Assembly (NCBI RefSeq): GCF_013365455.1
Contig: NZ_CP046578.1
Coordinates: forward strand, 30,001-62,000
Source of the DNA: Wolbachia endosymbiont of Dirofilaria (Dirofilaria) immitis
GTDB taxonomy: Bacteria > Pseudomonadota > Alphaproteobacteria > Rickettsiales > Anaplasmataceae
Direction of reading: 5' to 3'
DNA length: 32,000 nucleotides
Positions 11,171-19,886 of the stretch are shown one piece after another (position 1 is the first letter of the stretch; each line of letters opens with the position of its first letter). The notes under the pieces were generated by a model. It was not told where the DNA came from, ran no database searches, and saw nothing but the letters and a program-made list of their open reading frames with translations. The translations under genes were made by a program, and so were the position numbers.

Positions 11171-11207
11171 AATATTTTATAGATCAAAAATAAGAAGGGA
11201 AGTAGGT

Positions 11208-12533
11208 ATGTTTATGCAAGATAACATTCCACTCTGCAAGCGATGGATATTCTTAGCAGCATGTGCTCTTGCTTGTTCTGGGCTGCTGTCAATAATTGTT
11301 GTTTTTTTGCGATTGCCTTTTATTTCCTCTTTCATCCCCTCTGCACAATATGTTTTTGACAATGCATTAGTGATACATGTGAATTTGTCAATTTTGGTAT
11401 GGATGTGCTCTATAATATCTTTGCTTTTTATCATAAATTTACAAAACACCAATAATTGGCTTAACTTTTTGTGGGTTCTATCAACCCTTTCCATGCTACT
11501 AATGTTCGTATCCGTGTTTGTTCCAAACTCCGAAGTTATAAAAAGCAACTATATTCCCGTATTACAAAATGGATTATTTTTGTTTGGGATTAGTTTGTTT
11601 ATTGCTAGTATATTGATCAATGCGGTTCTTACTTGTGTATCAAATAAGCAAGTTTCTTGCTTTTCTGTTGGGCAAGTTGGACTGGTTATTATACTTGTGT
11701 CATCATTCTTTTGTTTTGTTCTAGCTCATAAAAACATGCCTGCAGGGCTATATCACTCAGATAAGAATTTATTTTATGAATATCTTTTTTGGGGAGGCGG
11801 ACATTTACTGCAATTTGCTTTTACTCAAGGAATGTTTTTAGTTTATTTGATAATGCTAAGTTCTAGTATCAGTCTAACTTCAAGCAATAAAATTGCTATT
11901 TTGCCACTATTTATAAATACGACCTTGGCTGTGTGTGCACCATTTATATATTTTATTTATTCGGTAAGCAGTGCTGAGTTAGTACAGTTTTTTACTTGGC
12001 ATATGAGGATTGCTGGAGCAATTCTGTCATGTTTTTTAACAATATTAGTGTATCGTAGTATAAAAAATTTGCTTAGTGATGAGAATAATTACTTACTACA
12101 CTCATTTGTGTTGTTCACCTATGGAAGCATACTTGGGGTTCTGGCTATTGAAGGAAATGTTACTATTCCTGCTCATTATCATGGTTCTATAATTGGTATT
12201 ACTATAGCTTTTATGAATTTTATTTATTGGCTATTACCGAAACTGAACTGTAAAGAGGTAAGAAATTTTGTGGTAAAATTACAGATTTATGCCTATGGAC
12301 TTGGACATTTTCTCCATATTACTGGTCTTGTTTGGCTTGGTGAATACAGTACATTAAGAAAGGTTGTGGGTTTGCCAAGCATTTCATCAATGCTAGCACG
12401 TGCCTGCTTTATTGCAGGTGGAGCTATATCAGTTATTGGTGGGATGTTGTTTGTAGTGATTGTGCTTCTATCTTTGCTTAAAGGCGGGGGGCGTAACTTG
12501 TGCTGCTTAGTAACTCATAAAAAGATTCTTTAA
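11208..12533 (+). CDS. Polytopic membrane protein, possible divergent heme-copper oxidase subunit I-like protein
   Basis: 441-aa ORF with about 12 hydrophobic segments, an ATG start and a strong terminator downstream. The ordered motifs are H57 (ALVIHVN), W195-x3-H199 (LFWGGGHLLQF, compare WxxGHPEVY), W264-H265 (FTWHMRI, compare HHMF) and H323-x-H325 (PAHYHGS, compare AHFHYV). I am confident it is a CDS; the functional call is tentative. Confidence 0.6.
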   Translation: MFMQDNIPLCKRWIFLAACALACSGLLSIIVVFLRLPFISSFIPSAQYVFDNALVIHVNLSILVWMCSIISLLFIINLQNTNNWLNFLWVLSTLSMLLMFVSVFVPNSEVIKSNYIPVLQNGLFLFGISLFIASILINAVLTCVSNKQVSCFSVGQVGLVIILVSSFFCFVLAHKNMPAGLYHSDKNLFYEYLFWGGGHLLQFAFTQGMFLVYLIMLSSSISLTSSNKIAILPLFINTTLAVCAPFIYFIYSVSSAELVQFFTWHMRIAGAILSCFLTILVYRSIKNLLSDENNYLLHSFVLFTYGSILGVLAIEGNVTIPAHYHGSIIGITIAFMNFIYWLLPKLNCKEVRNFVVKLQIYAYGLGHFLHITGLVWLGEYSTLRKVVGLPSISSMLARACFIAGGAISVIGGMLFVVIVLLSLLKGGGRNLCCLVTHKKIL

Positions 12534-12545
12534 TAGGTTTCTTGC

Positions 12546-12580
12546 TAGCTCTATTAGCATGATAATAGAGCTATTTAGTT
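12546..12580 (+). terminator. Rho-independent terminator after the 441-aa membrane protein gene
   Basis: A perfect 11-bp stem TAGCTCTATTA (12546-12556) pairs with TAATAGAGCTA (12563-12573) around a 6-nt loop GCATGA, followed by TTTAGTT. It begins 13 bp after the stop codon. Confidence 0.6.
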
Positions 12581-12989
12581 ATCTTTAACCTTTGGTTGAA
12601 TGATAAAATTATTGCTTAGTTGGTGCCTTATATTTTATTTATACAAGCTGAAATATACTTGTGGATGTTAAAGACATTATAGAATACTGATTTGTAGGAT
12701 TAGAGAGTGAATGGCTATCTATTATTGCGTTGTAAGTTTTTTTGTCTTTTTTTTTAAGCATTTAAATCAGGGTGTCTGCTGCAGTTTAAGAATTGCTAGA
12801 TCGCAGCGTCTAAGGACTTAGAAAAACGCTAGAAGTAGATACTAGATAGAAATTTCTTCTACCTTTTTCCACTTATTAGATCTCTCAGTGTTTATGGTTA
12901 AGGCAATTTAATGGTGTCTGAGTTATGGTGTTACGAAGAACACGATATTTTAAATATTGACTTTTTTCTAGGTTATATAAGAAGTCTAA

Positions 12990-13017
12990 TTGCAATTATT
13001 GACCATTTAAGTATAAT
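12990..13017 (+). promoter_or_regulatory. Candidate sigma70-type promoter for nuoE-tgt
   Basis: TTGCAA (12990-12995), a 16-bp spacer, then a perfect TATAAT (13012-13017), 28 bp upstream of the nuoE ATG at 13045. Confidence 0.4.
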
Positions 13018-13044
13018 TTGCTGAGATTTATGTAGACCTTGTAG

Positions 13045-13545
13045 ATGAGAGAAAAAGAAAAGGAGTTTAGTTTTACGTCAGAGAACCTTGAAAAGGCAAA
13101 GAAGTTTATAGAAATGTATCCGAAAGGTAGGCAAGGTAGTGCTGTTATGCCTTTGCTATACCTGATTCAAGAACAATGTGGATGGGTTCCTAGGTCTGCA
13201 ATGCACTACGTTGCTGACATGCTTTATATTCCACATATTCGTGTATATGAGGTGGCAAATTTTTATACTATGTATAATTTAAAACCAATTGGTAAATACC
13301 TTATACAAGTTTGTAGAACAACTCCTTGTTGGTTGTGTAGTAGCGAAGAAATTCTGGATACCTTTAAAAGGAAACTTGGAATTGATATTGGTGGGACCAC
13401 TAAAGATAATCTTTTTTCTTTGAAGGAAGTTGAATGTCTTGGTGCATGTGTTGGTGCTCCTGTTGTGCAAATCAATAATGATTTTTATGAAAATCTTACT
13501 CCTCAAAAGGTAGAGAACATCATAACAGAACTTTTAAATAAATAG
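13045..13545 (+). CDS. nuoE: NADH-quinone oxidoreductase subunit E (24-kDa 2Fe-2S subunit)
   Basis: 166-aa ORF with the NuoE 2Fe-2S cysteine pattern (VCRTTPCWLC ... ECLGACVGAPV). No other nuo gene is adjacent. Confidence 0.9.
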   Translation: MREKEKEFSFTSENLEKAKKFIEMYPKGRQGSAVMPLLYLIQEQCGWVPRSAMHYVADMLYIPHIRVYEVANFYTMYNLKPIGKYLIQVCRTTPCWLCSSEEILDTFKRKLGIDIGGTTKDNLFSLKEVECLGACVGAPVVQINNDFYENLTPQKVENIITELLNK

Positions 13546-14763
13546 ATGAAAAGAGAGTTTTCATTTAAAATAACCAAGCAGTTAGGTTCTGCAAGGGTTG
13601 GCATTATTGAAACTCCAAGTGGAAATATAGAAACACCAGCATTTATATTTTGTGCAACAAAAGCTGCAATTAAAGTTGCAGATATCGAAAGAGTCAGTGA
13701 AGCTGGTACTCAGGTAATACTATCTAATACCTATCACCTAATGCTCCAACCAGGAGAGGATACTGTAGAAAAACTTGGTGGTTTGCACAAGATGATGGGA
13801 TGGAGTGGGCCAATGCTAACTGATTCTGGTGGGTACCAGATATTTAGTTTGGGATGTGGATCAGTTTCACAAGAGATAAAGGGAATAAAAAAAAAACAAA
13901 AAACTCTAGTCAAAATTAATGAGGATGGAGCAATTTTTCGTTCTTATATTAATGGTAAAAATTATTGTCTAACTCCTGAAAAATCTATGCAAATTCAACA
14001 AAAGTTAGGCGCAGATTTAATTTTAGTTTTGGATGAATGCACTCCATTTCACGTTAGCAAAGAGTATACACAAAAATCGATGCTTATGAGCTGTAAATGG
14101 TCTGAGCGTTCTTTAAATGAGTTTAAAAAAAATGATAATGGAAAACAAGCACTATATGGAATTAGCCAAGGCGGAGTATATCAAGATTTGCGTAGAGAAA
14201 GTTGTGATTTTGTTAATAATTTGCCATTTTTTGGTCAAGCAATAGGTGGGTCGCTTGGTCAGAGTAAAGAGCAAATGTATGATGTAGTGTCTTTTACTAT
14301 GGAGCATTTGAAAAAAACAAAGCCTACTCATTTGCTTGGTATTGGTGGAATTATGGATATCTTTCGTGCAGTAGAACTTGGAATTGACACGTTTGACTGT
14401 GTATATCCGACTCGTTTAGCAAGGCATGGTGGTGCGCTTATTAAAGTAAGAAATAGAAATTCTATTATTTCGAAGTGCAAAGAGTATATTAATTTGCGTA
14501 ATCAACAATTTAAGCTAGACAATAGTCCAATTGAAAGTGACTGTTTATGTTTCACTTGTAGAAAGCATTCGAGAGCATATATACACCATTTGTTAAAAGC
14601 TAAAGAACTACTAGCCTGCACTCTTATTACTATTCACAATGTTTTTTTTATGAATGAACTAATGAGATCAATAAGACAAGCGATATTGAACAGTAAACTG
14701 AGTCAGGAAAAGAATAATTGGGTTAGTGGAGTACCATCATTTTATAACCTTATTTCTTCTTAA
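13546..14763 (+). CDS. tgt: Queuine tRNA-ribosyltransferase
   Basis: 405-aa ORF with the catalytic block LTDSGGYQ, LDEC and the zinc site CLCFTCRKHSRAYIHHL. Its ATG directly abuts the nuoE TAG (13543-13545). Confidence 0.9.
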   Translation: MKREFSFKITKQLGSARVGIIETPSGNIETPAFIFCATKAAIKVADIERVSEAGTQVILSNTYHLMLQPGEDTVEKLGGLHKMMGWSGPMLTDSGGYQIFSLGCGSVSQEIKGIKKKQKTLVKINEDGAIFRSYINGKNYCLTPEKSMQIQQKLGADLILVLDECTPFHVSKEYTQKSMLMSCKWSERSLNEFKKNDNGKQALYGISQGGVYQDLRRESCDFVNNLPFFGQAIGGSLGQSKEQMYDVVSFTMEHLKKTKPTHLLGIGGIMDIFRAVELGIDTFDCVYPTRLARHGGALIKVRNRNSIISKCKEYINLRNQQFKLDNSPIESDCLCFTCRKHSRAYIHHLLKAKELLACTLITIHNVFFMNELMRSIRQAILNSKLSQEKNNWVSGVPSFYNLISS

Positions 14764-14799
14764 GTTTTCTTTTTATGCTGTTAGCTTTTTTTCTTATTA

Positions 14800-16100
14800 T
14801 TTTTCTATTACTTTTACAGGTGGTATTGTGACTGATAAAATTGTGAAGTGAAAATATGACTAAAGGGATGATGCTTTATTAGTAGCTGATTTTAATAATA
14901 TTGCTATTGATTGGATACATGCAGTTATTTTGCTGGTAGATAGAGAAAGATTGTGATTTTAGAAAATAGAGTTACTGATGATATAGAGGGATTTTTAAAG
15001 GATGAAGGTAGAATAAAAGTGAGGAGGAGCTAAAGCCTGTGTTACATTCGCGCTTTTAAGTCAAAGAAAGTCTAATGTTCTGTACATCTACAAGGTGTTT
15101 AGATGCTATGAAAGAGTAACGGGAAGGTTATTTAGACTTGTCAAGAAAACTCGCAGACAACAGAGTTAAGTTAGAAAAATTTATGTATCTATAAGGCAGT
15201 TATAGAACATAAAAACACAAGCTGGTCAGGCAAAAAACTTGATATTAGTTAATGATAGTGTGAATAACATAAAGAAAAATTGACGAAATTATTAAGTCAA
15301 TGATTAAAAGAAAAGGATAGTTTAAAAAAAATAGGCTGAATATTGAAGAGATACAAGAAATCTAATTTTGATGATGTGTAGGCAATATATAAACAGGAAT
15401 AGTAAAGTGTGTAGTAAATGCCTAGTTGTCTAAAAAATATAGGAATTTATTAGTACCAACTTGGTGTAAGAAGAACATGTATACTAAAATCTTTAGGTGT
15501 TCATTATTTGAAGAAAAGTTGTTGCTATCGTTGTTGTTCACTAAGAAAAGGAAATTGAATGATAGTAAAGTATGTGCATTATCTGAAGCACAAACCAGGA
15601 CCAATACATTTAAAACATATGTGATGGGTGGTACTTGACTTTTTAACAAATCAATCTATCTAAAGAATTATCACTAAGTAATAATACGTGTACTTAAATT
15701 ATTTCTCTTAACATGGGATTTTAAGGCAACCTAAGCTTTTTTTGAAAATTGTGCTCAAGAAATGATATACTACTTGTAGTTTTTGAAAAAAAGGGAGAAA
15801 TAACGAGAATTAAAAAACAAGGCAATAGGGGTAAGTAGGAGGAGGAAAGTAAAGTTATTGTTAAAGAGAATAAATTAGCGAATGCTCTGAGAAATGATTC
15901 GCAAAAGAAAAATATGGTTTAAACAGAAGATAGCTACTACTATTATTTCTTGAAAGCCATATAGGGAAATGAAAACAGATGGTAAAGCTAGAGGGCTATT
16001 GAAAGGAAAGCGATCATTTAGTGGTACGTTGCTTCAACTATGTTATGTATTGAAATATATGTATGGACAAATTGGAAAAACTTGTCTAAGTTGAGTTATA
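14800..16100 (+). other. Purine-loaded, cytosine-depleted non-coding tract 2
   Basis: Hand counts on the + strand: 14821-14940 has 28 G vs 8 C, 15241-15300 has 10 G vs 3 C, 15781-15840 has 16 G vs 3 C, and 15961-16020 has 17 G vs 5 C. No credible ORF is present. The skew relaxes locally around 15420-15650. Confidence 0.7.
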
Positions 16101-16222
16101 TAGAAGAGTAAGGGCATCTATTTCCTTATTTCTGTATTATATAATATGTAGAACTTAATTTACGAAAAAGTGGAACTTTTTCTATAATTTAAGTACAATT
16201 CAAGCTTTGCCTAAGCAGAAAG

Positions 16223-17731
16223 ATGAATTATTTAATCGACTATGTTTTAATGTCTCTTTCCTTGCCATTTTTTATTACTGAAAATTATTTGTTAATTACT
16301 GCACTGATTCCACTGTTTGGCGCAGTGATTATCTTTTTTACTGGCAAATGGCCTATGATAAATAACAGTATTACTGTTATCTCTTCTATGTTTCTATTTA
16401 CGTATACGTGTCTGTGTACTTTATATTGGATATATAGTGATCATTCTCAATTTATCCTCATAGATTTTGGCAATAATTTGCATATTAGTTTAAAGCTAGA
16501 GTCTACAGGGGTAATATTTAGTCTATTAATATCGTTTTTATGGATATTAACTAGCATATACGCAGTATGCTATATGAAGAGTAACTATCCTGGTAGTAAT
16601 TACTCGAGTTTCTTATGTTTTTTTTCAGTATCGATTAGCTGTGTGATGTTCATTGCTTTTTCTGGTGATTTGCTTGCCACATTTGTTTTTTATGAGCTTT
16701 TAACTATTAGTACCTATCCTCTAATTACCTATAGTGCAACAAATGAATCAATAATAGCTGGACGCTATTATTTTGGTATGCTATTTTTTTCCTCCTTGAT
16801 ATTATTTTTTCCTGCTCTTGGTCTCTTATATAGTGAATTTCATACTTTAGACTTTGTAAGCGATGGAGTATTTAAATTTGACACCTCACTCATCACTTTT
16901 ACTACAGTATGTTTTACGATGCTGATTTATGGAATAGGTAAAGCTGCATTAATGCCAATGCATTTTTGGTTGCCTAAAGCAATGGTTGCACCGACTCCTG
17001 TGAGTGCACTGCTGCATGCTGTTGCTGTTGTAAAATCTGGGGCTTTCATTATCATAAAAGTCATATTCTGCATTTTTGGTATCGGTAATCTGCAACTCTT
17101 TGCACAACAAAATTGGTTTATTGGAGGATGGCTACCATATGTTGCTGGGTTCACTATTATTACTGCTTCATTAATTGCACTTAAGCAGAAAGAATTGAAA
17201 AAGTTGCTTGCTTACTCTACTGTTTCTCAATTATCATATATTACACTGTCTGCTTCAATTCTTAGCGACCTCAGTGCAAAGGTTGCAGTTTTTCAGTTAG
17301 TTTGTCATGCGTTTGCAAAAATCACTTTATTTTTTGTTGCAGGTAGTATAGTAACAGAAACGGGTGAGAAATATGTGGATAGAATTCATGGCATAGGGCG
17401 TAGTATGCCAATTACTATGGTAGCATTTACTGTAGGTGCATTGTCTATGATAGGGGTGCCGCCTGCTCCAACTTTTTGGGGTAAATTTTTCATTTTTCAA
17501 GCTGTTTTTAACTCCGGTAATGTATCACTTATTGTGTTTATTACTCTTCTGTTAATTATAAGCACTGTACTCAATGCTATGTGCTTTTTACCAATAATTT
17601 ACAATGCTTTTTTCTTAAAACCTTCTCGAAGGTTTTTCATTAAAAAGACACCTATTTTTTTAGTTTTACCGCCGGTTATTACTGCAATATGTACTTTTAT
17701 TATTTTCTTTAGTTACCAGATAATATTTTAA
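16223..17731 (+). CDS. mrpD: Proton-translocating antiporter-like subunit (Mrp/Mnh subunit D, NuoL/M/N family)
   Basis: 502-aa ORF with about 14 TM segments and the family signature WLPKAMVAPTPVSALLHAVAVVKSGAF. No mrp or nuo neighbours are present in the window. Confidence 0.8.
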   Translation: MNYLIDYVLMSLSLPFFITENYLLITALIPLFGAVIIFFTGKWPMINNSITVISSMFLFTYTCLCTLYWIYSDHSQFILIDFGNNLHISLKLESTGVIFSLLISFLWILTSIYAVCYMKSNYPGSNYSSFLCFFSVSISCVMFIAFSGDLLATFVFYELLTISTYPLITYSATNESIIAGRYYFGMLFFSSLILFFPALGLLYSEFHTLDFVSDGVFKFDTSLITFTTVCFTMLIYGIGKAALMPMHFWLPKAMVAPTPVSALLHAVAVVKSGAFIIIKVIFCIFGIGNLQLFAQQNWFIGGWLPYVAGFTIITASLIALKQKELKKLLAYSTVSQLSYITLSASILSDLSAKVAVFQLVCHAFAKITLFFVAGSIVTETGEKYVDRIHGIGRSMPITMVAFTVGALSMIGVPPAPTFWGKFFIFQAVFNSGNVSLIVFITLLLIISTVLNAMCFLPIIYNAFFLKPSRRFFIKKTPIFLVLPPVITAICTFIIFFSYQIIF

Positions 17732-17763
17732 AGTATCTACCTTCTTGCTTTTAAACTGTAATT

Positions 17764-18687
17764 TTATTGTAGGTTGGCATCTAGACTTAGGTTAATTATC
17801 GAAACATGCTCTTCGTCAAAACCTATGTCTTCTACTGACATACTATCAGTGACATTTAAAAGTTCCGGTGGAGAAATAATAGTTCTTTTATTGTTAGTTC
17901 TCATTCCTATGGCTCCAAGCTCTATGGCAAGTGGTACCTTTTTATCACCAACTTTAAACTGTATTGTTTGGTTTTTGATTATATATTCACCATCATGCCT
18001 CATTATGCTATATTTAATCGATATTTTGTCACCGCACTTTACTTGTTTTCCAGTTTTATTAATTAAGTCATCAAAAATCATCATATTATTTACTGGATCA
18101 GGGTATCTATCTTTTACTTTAAGTAGTTTAACATAATAAGAACTAAAGTTCATTTGGTTATCATTAGTAATACTGTTTACAGTAACTACACGTTCTCCCC
18201 CTTCCTTCATGCCTATTATTCCTAAACCTAACTCTTTCCAGTTGTTTTGACCTATTCTAAAAGAAACATTAAAGACTTGATTCAAAAGTGGCATTGTTAG
18301 ATTATTAGGTATTTTGTATACTTGTAGTAGAATTTCTTGGCCACATAAAGCTTTGCTGCCATTACCTTCTTTGATTTCATAAAAGCTTGTCATATTTTTT
18401 TCTCTTTTCTGTTGTGTTATTTCTTCTAAGTATTCTGCTAGGCCATGCTTTTTAATATAATGGTCAAGTGCTGATTCAAATATTGGTTTCACTAAGTAGT
18501 ATGCTATTGTCTGTATTAAGCCATCGTGTATGGTGTTTATCTCATAAAGCTTATCCTGTTTTTCTGGTTTGCCTTTATTTATGTGTATTATAATAAACAC
18601 AAAAGCGGAAGTTAAAGTAAAAATTATTACCATGGAAACAAGCAGCTGTAATACAATTTTTCTAATCATCTTTTTTACTTGATTCAA
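17764..18687 (-). CDS. Membrane-anchored protein with two FKBP-like peptidyl-prolyl isomerase domains
   Basis: It has an N-terminal TM helix (IVLQLLVSMVIIFTLTSAFVFIIIHI). Two FKBP-like modules follow: YEIKEGNGSKALCGQEILLQVYKI...IGMKEGGERVVTV and VKCGDKISIKYSIMRHDGEYI...FKVGDKKVPLAIELGAIGMRTNNKRTIISPPELL. The listed start at 18687 is TTG; the first ATG is at 18669 (MIRK...). Confidence 0.6.
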   Translation of the reverse strand: MNQVKKMIRKIVLQLLVSMVIIFTLTSAFVFIIIHINKGKPEKQDKLYEINTIHDGLIQTIAYYLVKPIFESALDHYIKKHGLAEYLEEITQQKREKNMTSFYEIKEGNGSKALCGQEILLQVYKIPNNLTMPLLNQVFNVSFRIGQNNWKELGLGIIGMKEGGERVVTVNSITNDNQMNFSSYYVKLLKVKDRYPDPVNNMMIFDDLINKTGKQVKCGDKISIKYSIMRHDGEYIIKNQTIQFKVGDKKVPLAIELGAIGMRTNNKRTIISPPELLNVTDSMSVEDIGFDEEHVSIINLSLDANLQ

Positions 18688-19613
18688 TAAGTTATATAGT
18701 ATAGATGATTAGTATCTTCTAGAAGTTTGCTTAGCTTATCCAAAGTTTGTTTAAAGAGGCTATCTGTATAGTCTTCTGCCTTACTTTTATCGAACGCAGA
18801 CATTAAATTATTACCTTATCTTGTGTGTAGTCTTTAATATTATCCTCAACTTGAAAGATGAGCTCTAGATTTATCTTGTAGTTATATAATGCTCTATGTT
18901 GTTTGTTATATCTTCTACTATAGCACCTATTCTATTTCATGTGAAGGTGCAAATAGTTTTATGGTTTCCGTCAGAATAAATTTCTTTTATTTTACCAAAG
19001 TTTTTATTAATACATAAAACTTGTTGCTCTCTACTATTATTCATTTGTTCCTACAGTCTGAGAGAGTGCTTTTATGGTTTCACAGCGCTTATTACTATCT
19101 TACTTAGTGAAGATAGCATTTCGAAAGTAAGGGTAAGGAGCATATCTCTAGCAAGCACTGCTGTTGCTTTGTTAAATTTCTTGTGGCGGCTAGTTTGTTT
19201 TTATGATTATCTCTGTTATCTATATACGGTAGATTTTTATGAATTGGGGCATAGGTGTAGATACATTTAACTACCATAGTAATATTAATATTACTTTCTC
19301 AGCTTCTATATCAAACTCTTGTGATGAAGCTATAATGAAAAATAAGTGTACGTATTTTAACGGGGGCAAAAGCAGCATTGCTGATATGAGCTTATTTTTG
19401 CTATCCTTAGGTAAAATTTTATCTACTTCTGCAATCAGGAATTTTTTATTGATGTGCTAGCATTTTTGAATTTATTAATCTTCTAGCATATAGTGCTGAA
19501 GTGTACTTTAGCTGGAGTAGTAAAAGCTTTATGATAGTTTGTCGATTATAAAAGGTATTGCAAACATAAAGATTTTTTATAACATCAAGGGATAGGTTTT
19601 TTTTTGGTAAAAA

Positions 19614-19886
19614 ATGGATAGAGAACTAGCAAAAAGTACTAGAGAAAACATAGCAGAAAAAGTAAAAAAGATTGTGCTGGAGCATATTAGTAAGGATGTG
19701 GAGAGATTTAACAGTTCTTCGAAGCTTTCAGATCATGGCGCAGATAGTTTAGATGCAGTTGAGATAATTATGGCAGCAGAAGAGGAGTTTGGAATAGAAA
19801 TTCCAGATGAAGATGCACAAAAAATGGAAACTATGGAACAAATAGTTGAGTATGTGGTGAAAAAGCAAATAGTTAACAGTAAATGA
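19614..19886 (+). CDS. acpP: Acyl carrier protein
   Basis: 90-aa acidic ORF with the phosphopantetheine attachment motif GADSLDAVEI. Its stop overlaps the fabF start as ATGA (19883-19886). Confidence 0.9.
   Translation: MDRELAKSTRENIAEKVKKIVLEHISKDVERFNSSSKLSDHGADSLDAVEIIMAAEEEFGIEIPDEDAQKMETMEQIVEYVVKKQIVNSK

Noticed and set aside
15422-15649. Mutually antisense ORF pair 15422-15649 (-) and 15426-15638 (+)
   Set aside because: Two frames are open over the same 220 bp in an otherwise ORF-free spacer, neither has motifs, and there is no SD. This is most likely chance or a relic.
19239-19460. 73-aa ORF upstream of acpP, considered as a fabG remnant because of YFNGGKS
   Set aside because: Apart from NGG, nothing matches short-chain dehydrogenase motifs (no TGxxxGxG, no YxxxK), and the position within the ORF is wrong for the FabG C-terminus.
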